From NCBI GenBank assembly GCA_002269645.1, contig NIVC01003329.1:39833-103832 (forward strand): a stretch of 64,000 bases of DNA, given 5' to 3'. Source of the DNA: Macrostomum lignano (taxonomy: Eukaryota). Positions 1-11,874 of this stretch are shown piece by piece (the stretch's first letter is position 1; every line of letters starts with the position of its first letter). The notes below the pieces were generated by a model. The model saw only the letters and a program-made list of their open reading frames with translations, had not been told where the DNA came from and did not search any database. Both the position numbers and the translations under genes were made by a program.

Positions 1-578
1 ACTCGTGTCTGGGATGGCAATTTCGGGGCTCAAGGAGTGAGCAGTGAGGGAGAGAGTGAGGATGGTTGCGAAGCTGTCCCCAACTGCCCGAGGTCTGTAA
101 GCAAAGCCGTCCTCACGGAGCTGCAGCTCTCGATCTCGCGGATTTCTGGAAGGCGCGGCTTGCAGCATCGACCAGGCCGGTTCTGGGGCTGACGCTCAGA
201 ATGATTGATCAGGAGGCAGGCTCGCGAAATCCCTGCAGTTGTCAAAAATGAAAGCAAGAACTGAAGGGGAGGGCAGAGGCGTGGCATTCATCGCGGGAGC
301 TCATCGTCTCACAAAATAGATTGAGATGCGGGGCGGAGACCCTCATCATCTGGATGAGCACAGGCCTCGGCCTGAGCCACGACTCGCCTGTCCGCCACAG
401 CGTCTGTCTGCATCATCCTTCGAGATTGGGATTCTCGCTACAATCAAAGTGAGAAGGACTGCTGCAGCCACGGCAACAAGAGGCCAGATAACTCCAGCGG
501 GTGAGGCAGGCTGAGTGAGACGACCTGTGGGCTCGTATTTGGGTCAGCGCAGCGGGTCAGCCGTTTTTGAAAATCAGA

Positions 579-925
579 TCCCTGCATCCCTGCCTCCCTG
601 CATCTCTACATCCTTGCGTCTTTGCATTCCTGCATCCCTGTCTCCCTGCATCCCTACATCCCTGCATCTCTGCATCCTTGCGTCTTTGCATTCCTGCATC
701 CCTGTCTCCCTGCATCCCTACATCCCTGCATCTCTGCATCCTTGCGTCTTTGCATTCCTGCATCCCTACATCCCTGCATCTCTGCATCCTTGCGTCTTTG
801 CATCCCTGCATCCCTGCATCCCTGCATCCCTGCATCCCTACATCCCTGCATCCCTGCATCTCTACATCCTTGCGTCTTTGCATTCTGCATCCTTGCGTCT
901 TTGCATTTCTGCATCCCTGTCCTGC
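579..925. repeat. 8-bp (CCTGCATC)n degenerate tandem repeat, left block
   Basis: Visible tandem units in the PDE intron; the same array resumes at 1333-1655 on the other side of the SINE. Confidence 0.95.
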
Positions 926-939
926 ACTACACGCTGATT

Positions 940-1299
940 TTTTTATTAGAGGCAGGGGGGTTGTGTGCACCCTGGCGCACTTTAGGCGACATAGGCACAC
1001 AACCGGCGAGAGGCATTACTGCCCATTCCGCCGACTCCCCTGAGCAGGCATACAAGCGCGCGGATACGTTACGCAGGCACACACTCACACAGGAGTGTAC
1101 AGCGGCCCTAACTTTATCAATCGTTAGGCATGTACACTTCACTGCGCCTTGGGGGGTTGGCTCTCAAGGCCGTTAATTGCACAAGCGAGCCAAGCCGAAA
1201 TTCCAATTCAGCCCCAAATTAATGTGGCTGCACTTGGAATCGAGCCTGGGTCGCTGGCACACCAGAGCAGCTGCGCTACCGCTGGGCTACGGCCCCCCT
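940..1299 (-). mobile_element. tRNA-derived SINE, copy 1 (~360 bp)
   Basis: Head GGCCGTAGCCCAGCGG (A box) ... GGCTCGATTCC (B box), A-rich tail. Perfect 13-bp TSD CTACACGCTGATT at 927-939 and 1300-1312. Near-identical to 20635-20998. Confidence 0.9.
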
Positions 1300-1332
1300 C
1301 TACACGCTGATTAAAGATGCTTCAGAAACAAG

Positions 1333-1655
1333 CCCTGCATCCCTACATCCCTGCATCTCTGCATCCATGCATCCCTGCATCCTTGCGTCTTTGCATCCCT
1401 GCATCCCTGCATTCCTGCATCCTTGCGTCTCTGCATCCCTGCATCCCTGCATCCCTGCATCCCTGCCTCCTTGCATTCCTGCCTCCCTGCATCCCTACAT
1501 CCCTGCATCCCTGCATCCCTGTCTCCCTGCATCCCTACATCCCTGCATCTCTGCATCCCTGCGTCTCTGCATCCCTGCGTCTCTGCATCCCTGCATCCTT
1601 GCGTCTTTGCATCATTGCATCCCTGCATCCCTGCATCCGTGGCATTCCTGCATCC
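1333..1655. repeat. 8-bp (CCTGCATC)n tandem repeat, right block
   Basis: Visible tandem units just downstream (on -) of the PDE exon 1 donor. Confidence 0.95.
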
Positions 1656-1663
1656 CCACCTAC

Positions 1664-2269
1664 CTTCGCAGCCTCCTCCAGTCGCAGCGTCTGCCCGGTT
1701 GCCGCCGCGTTGCCAACGATGCCGACGCCCGGCGGCACTCGAACTTCCGGCTCTGTAGGCGCGGCCTCGGCAGCGACGGTGTCCGCGGTCAGACGCAGCC
1801 AGCCGCCGGGCTCAGCGAGGAACAGCGCGCACCGGTCAGCCGCTAGCAGGAGCCGGCAAGCGCGGACGATCCGCCGGCGGAGCCGCCCTGAGTCCAGCTC
1901 CATCAGCAGGCTGCTCAGCATCATCTCACGGGCCGTGGCAGCCTCCTCCGTTAGGGCGGGCAGCGCGTGGCGACGCGGCATCGCCGGCGACGTGCGGCCG
2001 ATGCTGCCTTCGTCGGCGTGCAGCTCGGAGGAGGCCTTGCGAATGCGGTGGCTGCGCTGGCCCAGAAGGCGGCCGCTGCCCACGCTGCAGGACAGGGACC
2101 GCGGCGCCAGCTGTACAGTGCCAAGCGCCGCCGACGAGGTCGCTGCGAGCCGCCGTCGCAGCCAGCCATCAACCAGTCCGCGGCTGCCACGCCGATGGAA
2201 GTAGTCTTCAAAGAAGTCGGGGTGGCTGTCCAGCCAGGCCTCCACGGCCGCCTCCTCCGCCTCGGACAT
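1664..2269 (-). CDS. Exon 1 of a GAF-domain cyclic nucleotide phosphodiesterase (PDE5/PDE11-like); the rest of the gene lies toward or beyond the window start
   Basis: N-terminus VEAWLDSHPDFFEDYFHRRG..LVDGWL resembles the PDE5/11 N-terminal motif. GAF-A motifs ADRCALFL and GVGIVGNAAATGQTLRL. Phase-0 donor AAG|GTAGGT at 1664/1663 (202 codons). Confidence 0.85.
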
Positions 2270-2459
2270 GATGTAAGTGAGCTTTGCCGAAGCCTTGAAC
2301 TCAAACCTACTCGGCTCTGCGTCTGCCTGTCTACCGGGCTTCCGGGCTTCCGAGTTTAAATCCTCTGCCTTTGCCGAAATTCTGAGCCCAGTGCGTCAGC
2401 CAATCAGAGCCGCCCTCCATCCAGCGGGGTAGCGCATCGGCTTCTGAGGAACTTTGAAT

Positions 2460-2776
2460 CAGTGCCTGTCTCAGTGCCTGTCTCAGTGCCTGTCTCAGTG
2501 CCTGTCTCAGTGCCTGTCTCAGTGCCTGTCTCAGTGCCTGTCTCAGTGCCTGTCTCAGTGCCTGTCTCAGTGCCTGTCTCAGTGCCTGTCTCAGTGCCTG
2601 TCTCAGTGCCTGTCTCAGTGCCTGTCTCAGTGCCTGTCTCAGTGCCTATCTCAGTGCCTGTCTCAGTGCCTGTCTCAGTGCCTGTCTCAGTGCCTATCTC
2701 AGTGCCTGTCTCAGTGCCTGTCTCAGTGCCTGTCTCAGTGCCTGTCTCAGTGCCTGTCTCAGTGCCTGTCTCAGTG
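2460..2776. repeat. 12-bp (CAGTGCCTGTCT)n minisatellite
   Basis: About 26 near-perfect units. Confidence 0.97.
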
Positions 2777-3544
2777 TCTGCGTGCCTGCTTGTCTGAATC
2801 CCCAGAGTTAAACTCCGACCGTCGGCTGCCCGTGTTTGCTGGCGCAAGCGAGCGGCTTGGCGTCTCTCCGAGTAGACTCAGAAAGCCAGTGAAATCTCCC
2901 GCTACCGTCCGACTGCGAGCTGAGCTCCCCCTCGCCTGTCTCATCTCAGCCCTGCAGTTCTCCATCCCCCAGCGCTCGAGTTCCGTTACTAATGATCAGA
3001 CCTGACGCCCAGCGAGTCTCAGGTTGCGCAGCTTCTCAGGCTGTCTGTCTGTCCCCCCTGACCGGCAGCTTCGAACCGCTTTGAGCCGCACGCGCCCGGA
3101 CGTGATGACAGGCCTGAAAGACCGGCAATTATTCAGCGCTCCATTTCTATGGAAGTTTTCGGTGTACTTTTATTGCAGCAGAACAAAATAGCAACTTAAC
3201 GAAGGAAGGAAATTTCGCTTTGAGTTATTACTCGCATTTCACATGTATAGCCCTTCAACTCAATGCGGTAGCTGAGGCGACTTATCTCTAGGACTAAAAG
3301 CGATGAAAGTTCTTGCAAAAACTTAAATGCCTTTTTAATATCTGCCTCATTCGATTTCAGGCTCAATCTAAATTTGGATTTGAGCATACAGAGACATAAA
3401 ATGATTTATGAACCATTTAGTAATGTGTCGCGGCTAACAATAAAGACGGGATCTGTGACCGCTGAAACTTGGCAGAATTGATTGGTGGCGGCTGGACTCA
3501 AAGACTGACATCAGTTTTGGCTCACTTCAAAGACCTCAAAGATC

Positions 3545-3960
3545 AAAAACGATATCAGCGGCGGCCCAGATCAAATACGATAACAGTGGCGGCTTAGATC
3601 AAAGACGATATCAGTGGCGGCCCAGATCAAATACGATATCAGTGGCGGCCCAGATCAAATACGATATCAGTGGCGGCCCAGATCAAAGGCAGTGTCCGTG
3701 ACGGCCCAGATCAAAGACGGTATCAGTGGCGGCCAGATCAAAGACGGTATCAGTGGCGGCCAGATCAAATACGGTATCAGTGGCGGTCAGATCAAAGACG
3801 GTATCAGTGGCGGCCAGATCAAAGACGGTATCAGTGGCGGCCAGATCAAATACGGTATCAGTGGCGGTCAGATCAAAGACGGTATCAGTGGCGGCCAGAT
3901 CAAATACGGTATCAGTGGCGGCCAGATCAAATACGGTATCAGTGGCGGCCAGATCAAAGG
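3545..3960. repeat. 27-bp minisatellite (GGTATCAGTGGCGGCCAGATCAAAGAC)n
   Basis: Visible tandem units, more degenerate at the 5' end. Confidence 0.95.
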
Positions 3961-3994
3961 CAGTCGGCACAAACGGCATGAAGCAGTTTCGTTG

Positions 3995-4427
3995 GCGGGC
4001 AGGCGGGCAGATGGGGAGTCGGCAGAACGCGAGCGCATTGCGGCAGGAATTGCAGCGGAGGTGGCTGAGCACGAGAGGCGAGCGGAGGCCCTCCAGCGGG
4101 CGGTGGAGGCGGTGCGCAGGGCGGAGCGGCTGGAGGCCGGGCTGGAGCAGCCAAGGGAAGCGCCGCGACCGGTCACCTCGGAGGAGGTGGAGGCGGAGCA
4201 GCAGACTCAGGCTCTGGAGCGGGCGCGGGGCCGCGGTGCTCCGTGCGGAGAGGATGGAGGCGGAGGCCGAGGACGCCATGGCGATGGAGCGGGCGGCGCT
4301 GGCCTGCAGGGCGGCGGCTTGGCTGGCTGCCAAGGAGGCGGCGGAGCGGCGACAGACGGGAATGATGAAGTGGTGCCGCAACAGGAGGCTGAGGATGGAG
4401 GATTCTGCCTCAGGCAGTGAACCGTAA
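3995..4427 (+). pseudogene. Possible Glu/Ala/Arg-rich coiled-coil exon with an internal frame switch
   Basis: AERERIAAGIAAEVAEHERRAEALQRAVEAVRRAERLE... continues after a frame change near 4230 as AERMEAEAEDAMAMERAALA...; no family recognised. Confidence 0.3.
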
Positions 4428-4714
4428 ACTCGTATATTCGCTACTACTTTCAGTGTCAGTAGCATACCGCGCCGCGTAATTGCAGCAGAACTTTTTACAG
4501 GAATGAAAAGGCTTTGAATTTGAAAGCTTGACTTACTTGTGGTTTTTATGAGCTCAAGGCAGTTCGAATTGTATTTTCTACGAGTATTTAGCATGAAACT
4601 CAACACATCACTGCTAACTTATTTTAGTAGAACTTTTCAAATACATGGCCCACATCCATTCTTACAAGCATTGCGAGCGACAGCACAGGTTTTGTTCTAC
4701 TTAAACGGCGTATT

Positions 4715-5120
<406 letters not shown>

Positions 5121-5636
5121 CTAAGACACTAAGAAACAAAGACGGACAGAACAAACAGGCCAGAATTAGTAAAGAAAAAATCGGATAAAATAAATGTAGT
5201 TACTTTAAGTAGCACCAAAAGGCCTTTTATTTTGACCGCGGGATCGGCACAGCAACCTGGCCTGAGCCTGAATAATTGATCAAAATCTCGCTCCAGTGTG
5301 CCAAAATGCAGCTGCGAATAAAGCCAGCAGATGTGCGCCAGGTGCTTTCGTGTGGTCCTGGTTTGCCATGAACGCTGATTTAATATTTATAAATTTGGTT
5401 AATATAACTCAACGAAGTTGAGCTAGTATAAATATCTAAATAAATTACAAATTTCTGAATTTCTACTTTATTTAAATTAGCGCAAGACTGATTCTTAAGC
5501 AGCCAAGTTGAAACTTGCAGTTGAAATCTGCAGAAGCTGGCTCAGGTACGTCGTAAATCGAGTGGATTGGCTATTTTGGGTCTGGTAGAGTCTAAGAGTC
5601 CCCACGGGCCATTCGTCCACCAGGCCTATGTCAGCT

Positions 5637-6585
5637 CTTCTGCCTCCACTAATGCAGCCCTGCCTCTCTCTGCTTCTCTCTGCCTCTCCTCTGCCGCTCC
5701 TCTGCCTCTCCTCTGCCTCTCTCTGCTTCTCCTCTGCCTCTCCTCTGCCTCTCCTCTGCCTCTCCTCTGCCTCTCCTCTCCCTCTCCTCTGCCTCTCTCT
5801 GCCTCTCTCTGCCTCTCCTCTCCCTCTCCTCTGCCTCTCTCTGCTTCTCCTCTGCCTCTCCTCTGCCTCTCCTCTCCCTCTCCTCTGCCTCTCTCTGCTT
5901 CTTTCTGCCTCTCCTCTGCCTCTCCTCTGCCTCTCCTCTGCCTCTCCTCTCCCTCTCCTCTGCCTCTCCTCTCCCTCTCCTCTGCCTCTCTCTGCCTCTC
6001 TCTGCCTCTCCTCTGCCTCTCTCTGCCTCTCCTCTGCCTCTCTCTGCCTCTCTCTGCCTCTCCTCTGCCGCTCCTCTGCCTCTCCTCTCCCTCTCGTCTG
6101 CCTCTCTCTGCCTCTCCTCTGCCTCTCTCTGCCGCTCCTCTGCCTCTCCTCTCCCTCTCCTCTGCCTCTCCTCTGCCTCTCCTCTGCCTCTCTCTGCCTC
6201 TCCTCTGCCTCTCCTCTCTCTCTCCTCTGCCTCTCCTCTGGCTCTCTCTGCCTCTCTCTGCCGCTCCTCTGCCTCTCCTCTCCCTCTCCTCTGCCTCTCT
6301 CTGCCTCTCTCTGCCGCTCATCTGCCTCTCCTCTCCCTCTCCTCTGCCTCTCTCTGCCTCTTTCTGCCTCTCCTCTCTCTCTCCTCTCTCTCTCCTCTGC
6401 CTCTCCTCTGTCTCCCCTCTCTCTCTCCTCTGCCTCTCCTCTGGCTCTCTCTGCCTCTTTCTGCCTCTCCTCTGCCTCTCCTCTGCCTCTCCTCTCTCTC
6501 TCCTCTGCCTCTCCTCTGGCTCTCCTCTGGCTCTCCTCTCTGCTTCTCTCTGCCTCTCTCAGTCTCTTCTGTGTCTGTCTCTCCA
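5637..6585. repeat. Pyrimidine-rich (CTCTGCCTCTC)-like degenerate repeat
   Basis: About 950 bp of almost pure C/T with periodic G. Confidence 0.95.
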
Positions 6586-7673
6586 TTATTCTAATTTTTT
6601 CTATCTATTTGAACAGATCCTCCCGCGCAAAAAGCAGTCCACCCCGGTGCTTCAAGCGGGCGATTCCTGGATGAGCAGCAAAAACTATGAAGAAAGCCTG
6701 CATAAAAAGAATCGGCACTGAGCGGGAGCGGCAGCTCAAGTGGCGCGGCAGCCGCTGCACGGCTTCAAATAAAAAGTCCAGCCGGCCACCTGCCGCCCGG
6801 AGGCGGGCAGCCGAGCCGAGGGAAAGCAGAAAATCCCAGCCGGGCGCTGAGGCAGGCGAAGGGAAAGCGAACGGGGGATCTCAGAAGTGCAGCCGCGAGT
6901 GCCGCAGTAGCCACACAGGCCTGCCGTGGGCGCGGGGCGGAACCGGGGAGGGGGCGACCGCCTCAAACAGGCGCGCTGGAGCAGCCAGCGGACCCTCCGA
7001 GTAGCTCGTGCTGCCCGAGGGTTCCGCAACTCTGAAAGGCTCGCGTGACCACCCGGATGCGGTGGCAGCCCCTGCATTCTTTCTTTCTTTCTGTCTCTCA
7101 GGAGGCCAGGACCCGCTGCCGGAGGAGAGAGAGAGCGGCAGGGACAGGGAGAAGTGAAAGGTGGAGTCAAGGACGCCTAAGGTAGAGATCAGAACCGGAA
7201 AACACGAGTACCTGATACAGGGGCAGTTTTCTACGGAAATCTCCAGAGATCTCGCATTGGCATACAAAATGCATTTGGAAGATGAGAAGTTACCTGCTTT
7301 GTCTGATCTTACCTGACAATACCCTACCTTCCGAATCGCAAGTGTCCAGAAGTCCAGAGGGTGAGATGTTGCAGCTTTAGTGATAAAAACGGAGAAAGTC
7401 TCAATCTCGCAAATGCATTTTGCAGTGAAAACCGGCCTGTCGCTCCAGGCGCTCTCTGCGGGTCTCCCTGGCTGAGCAGCCGGCCGCTGTGGGGAGGGGG
7501 GTTGGCCAGGAAATTCTCCCTTCCCGCCCGAGCTCAGCCGGTTGGGCAGCTCAGTGACGCTGCTGGGGTGGCATCTCAGTTGAGTATCGGGCCACTAGAA
7601 ATGCTCAAAAACTCCCCAACTCCAGGCCGATCCCGGCTCCCCGAATCCCAGAACCCCGCCCAGCAGCCGCCTG

Positions 7674-8746
7674 ATGCTGCCGCCATCGCCGAGCATCTTC
7701 CCAGTGGACGAGGCCGCCGAGACCAGCAGCAACTCGGACTGCGAGAAGTGCAACAGCAGGTTCGACCAGAAGCTGCTCACGCTCCGCCAGCAGAGCAGCG
7801 GCGGCGGCGGGGAGCCGCAGCAGAGCTCCCAGCAGCGCGGCCTGCTGACCCGCCAGGACGCCGCGCCCTTCATTGACGACTTCGAAAACTTTGGTGGCGG
7901 TGGTGGCGGCGTCGGCCTTCGGGCCCGACTGAAGCGCTGGATGTCGGGGAAGCGCAGCCAAAAGCGACGCCACCAGTGGCGCGGCGGCGGCGACAGCCCA
8001 GGAGGCGGCGGCAACGGCAAGAGCTACGAGTTCCTGCAGGAAGTGGCGGCCGCGCTGGAGGGCGCTCAGCACCAGCAGCTGCCTCATCCCGAACGGCGTC
8101 AGAAGAGCAGCAGGCAAAAGCCGCTGGGCTCGGCGCCCGCCGGCTTCGGGCTCCCGACGGTGCGAACGCGCAGCCTGCGCCGCGCCCTCTTTGCCTGCGT
8201 GGCGGTGGGCATCGCCGTGTTCCTGCTGCTTGGCACCTGCCTGATCGCCGCCGGCCACGCCTGGAGCCACCGACCGGCCATCACGGCGGGCGCCATCTTG
8301 GTGATCAGCGGTGGCGGCCTCCTGCTGTACTCCTGCTGCGCCTCCTCGCAGTACCAGACCGAGCACGCGCCGCCCTCGGTCACCACCGCCGCGGCCCGCT
8401 GGGAGAAGCCGGCCTGCCTGCCCGATTTGGAGGGCTTTCAGCAGCCGCCGCTGTCGCCGCCGCCGCCGCCTCCCCCACCCGCGACGCATTACCAGCAGCC
8501 GCCGTCCTCCGCGCCGCCGGTGCCGGGCCGGCCGCCTTTCCTGCCAGCGGCCGGGGCGAGCAGCCGGCAGGGCAGCCTCTACAGCCTGGCCACCAACGCC
8601 GGCGCTGGGGCAGCGAGATGCGGCTGTGCCGGGGCAACTCCATCACGGACATGCTGCACGAGACGGTACCAGCCTGCCTGCACCGCCAGCACCACCACCT
8701 GCAGCGGCACCGGTCACTGGCGACCGCCATCCCGCTGCCGCTGTGA
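7674..8746 (+). CDS. Intronless orphan membrane protein with two TM helices and a Pro-rich tail (~357 aa if one G is restored at 8607-8610)
   Basis: Long ORF with strong GC3 bias; hydrophobic hairpin ALFACVAVGIAVFLLLGTCLIAAG / AITAGAILVISGGGLLLYSCC. The GC3 signal switches frame at GGGG 8607-8610 to end ...ATAIPLPL* at 8746. AATAAA at 8770-8775. Confidence 0.7.
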
Positions 8747-9317
8747 GCCTCCGATATCGAGAAGCTGACAATAAAATTACAAATTGCTTTGCGGACAGTC
8801 TATCGCTGTGAGAGATTGTGCTCATCACAGAGAATTCATTCTTTTGCACAACTTTTTTGCGTCAAATGCGTCCTGGGACAAAATAAAGTTGCGAGCCAGC
8901 GCTAAGTCAGGAACAGGTCGAGTGGTTCGTTTTCTCACAGAGTTCCGCCAGCATTGATCTGTGCGAGCTCTGATTGACGGCTCGGGTAAAGCAAAACGTC
9001 TGAAGGCCGGCGCGAGGGGCGAATCGATCCAGTTTGTTACCTGGCTGTAATTACAGTCCAGTCCATTTAGGTCGCGGCGCCCGCACAGTCCCGCTCATCA
9101 GCGCGCTTCCTCTTCGCAGACGAAGAACAAAGAAAGTGCGCGGAGAGGTCGACATCAATCAGATTCTATAATTAGCCCTGCCCTCCGCTTCAGCCGGCAC
9201 CGTCCGCTAATCTGTTATGGAAACAGAATGCGAGCTGAGCTCAGCTGCAACATTCAAAGCTGAGCCTTGTGACTCGCGCTTCGGGCTTAGAAAATTCCTA
9301 TTGACCTAAATAGCTAA

Positions 9318-9545
9318 GCACCTAAGCATCTAAGCACCTAAGCACCTAAGTACCTAAGTACCTAAGTACCTAAGTACCTAAGCACCTAAGCACCTAAGCA
9401 CCTAAGCACTTAAGTTACCTAAGCACCTAAGTACCTAAGTACCTAAGTAACTAAGTACCTAAGTACCTAAGCAACTGAGCACCTAAGCACCTAAGCACCG
9501 AAGCACCTAAGCACCTACATTTAAGTACATAAGTACCTAAGTACG
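9318..9545. repeat. 8-bp (CACCTAAG/TACCTAAG)n repeat
   Basis: Visible tandem units. Confidence 0.95.
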
Positions 9546-9917
9546 AGTACATTAGTAACTATGGAAAAGACGTTATCGCGCGTACTCGCAAAACACAACC
9601 AGCTCGCACATGTAGCTTAGATAAACTCCATGTCAAGCAGTACTTGTTTGACGTCACGGCAGAAGTTTTGTTTGATGTCACCAGGGTGGGATTCTGGCGG
9701 GGGGGAGGGCAGAGTGCCCCGTTGCCGTCTACAAAGATAAAAAATGACGATCCGCGCAGAGGCGGCTCTGGCTGTCCGGGACTTTCAAGCAGATTCAGCC
9801 GCAGCCGATCCTCTTAGCTCGGCCTGTGTGGCTGCAAAATATCAATTAGGCGAGCACCGGAAATTACTCGGGCCGAGCAGGCCCGGCAGGCCGGCGGAGA
9901 AAGTTTGCTCGGGTAAG

Positions 9918-11030
9918 CTCAGACATGCTCAGATATGCTCAGATGTGCTCAGACATGCTCAGATATGCTCAGATGTGCCCAGATGTGCTCAGATATGCTC
10001 AGATGTGCTCAGGTGTGCTGAGATATGCTGAGATATGCTGAGATATGCTCAGATATGCTCAGGTATGTTCAGACATGCTCAGGTATGCTCAGATATGCTC
10101 AGGTGTGCTGAGATATGCTGAGATATGCTGAGATATGCTCAGATGTGCTCAGATGTGCCCAGTTTGCTCAGATGTGCTCAGATATGCTCAGATATGCTCA
10201 GGTATGCTCAGATGTGCTCAGATTTGCTCAGATGTGCTCTGATATGCTCAGGTATGCTCAGGTATGCTCAGACATGCTCAGGTATGCTCATATATGCTCC
10301 GGTATGCTCAGATATGCTCAGACATGCTCAGGTATGCTCATATATGCTCCGGTATGCTCAGATATGCTCAGACATGCTCAGGTATGCTCATATATGCTCC
10401 GGTATGCTCAGATGTGCTCAGAAATGCTCAGGTATGCTCAGGTATGCTCAGACATGCTCAGGTATGCTCATATATGCTCCGGTATGCTCAGATATGCTCA
10501 GACATGCTCAGGTATGCTCATATATGCTCCGGTATGCTCAGATATGCTCAGACATGCTCAGGTATGCTCATATATGCTCCGGTATGCTCAGATATGCTCA
10601 GACATGCTCAGGAATGCTCATATATGCTCCGGTATGCTCAGATGTGCTCAGATATGCTCAGGTATGCTCAGGTATGTTCAGACATGCTCAGGTATGCTCA
10701 TATATGCTCCGGTATGCTCAGATATGCTCAGACATGCTCAGGTATGCTCATATATGCTCCGGTATGCTCAGATATGCTCAGACATGCTCAGGTATGCTCA
10801 TATATGCTCCGGTATGCTCAGATATGCTCAGACATGCTCAGGTATGCTCATATATGCTCCGGTATGCTCAGATATGCTCAGGTATGCTCAGGTATGTTCA
10901 GATATGCTCAGGTATGCTCAGGTATGTTCAGATATGCTCAGGTATGCTCAAGTATGCTCAGGTATGCTCAGATATGCTCAAATATGCTCAGATGTGCTCA
11001 TATGCTCAGATATGCTCAGGTATGCTCAGC
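9918..11030. repeat. 10-bp (GATATGCTCA)n repeat with higher-order ~50-bp periodicity
   Basis: Variants GATA/GACA/GGTA/TATA/CGGTA-TGCTC recur in a regular order. Confidence 0.97.
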
Positions 11031-11874
11031 CAAGGCTTAGTCGGACCAAAAAGGCTGCTCAGAGCGCCCTCATCCAAACATGGCACCGAAACATGGGAAG
11101 ACAGAAGAAAGAAGAAGCAGAAGAAGAATTGGTAAGCGAATTTCAGCAAAATAATTTGCGCCAAGGAGCGGCTGCGGAGAACCTCAGAAAATCTGTTTTT
11201 CAGTCGATCGCAACTGGTCCGTTACCGCACCTGCCGCTCGAGGAATTTGCAAACGAATTCAGACAGCAGGGACTCCTAATCGGTTTAAATTGCAATCCGG
11301 ATAGTTGCCGGTTTCTTCTAGAAGCAGCAAGGTCCAGCGGCGGTTGGACTTGCACTTTGAAAGCTCGAGCATACAGCAGACGGCAAGTGCAGTTTGGCAG
11401 CCTTCTTCTGCCGTACTCAGCTCCCACAGAAGCAGAAATTGAATTTGGCAGCGGGCCGCCCCGACCTGAAACTGAGCTGTAGGGGCGAGTTCGCGAATTC
11501 CTAATTCAATCCGGGCCCCGGGGTGCGAGATGGAAGGGAGATGAGCAGCTCTGAGCACTGGGCGACAGGCACCGATAGGCCCAGAGGGCAGGGCGCTGAG
11601 TCAATTGTGCCGCCTTCGTGCCATCTGTCCGCCTAATTAAACAACTCCAACGGGGGAATCCAGGGTCGGCATGGATTCCTACAAGTCTGTAGCGGTGATG
11701 TGCCGGATATATCCGACACAGTTACCTTTATGGGTGCCCTGCGGTCACTACGGATTGCTGTATAATGTACGAATTTTTAGATTATATGTACGAGTAGAGC
11801 CTCGGACATGCATGACGAAGTCTGCCGCCCCTGGAGCCAATTTTATAACGCCTTGGTAAAAAATCTATGGTTAA

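Noticed and set aside
30-514. Possible PDE exon 2 on the - strand (acceptor near 261)
   Set aside because: The expected GAF continuation (D.RF...D..TGY.T..LC.P) is not found in any frame I translated
515-1650. Long ORFs such as (PASLHPCI)n, and similar repeat ORFs at 2404-2847, 4539-5154, 5495-6721, 10115-11135, 12091-13329, 19253-19778, 33488-35527, 40604-42242, 55060-56018 and 58527-60119
   Set aside because: They are translations of stop-free tandem repeats, open on several frames and strands, with no splice or domain support
9744-11482. Non-repeat ORF pieces at 9744-9912 and 11030-11482 with GTAAGC donors
   Set aside because: No recognisable domain and no convincing splice model
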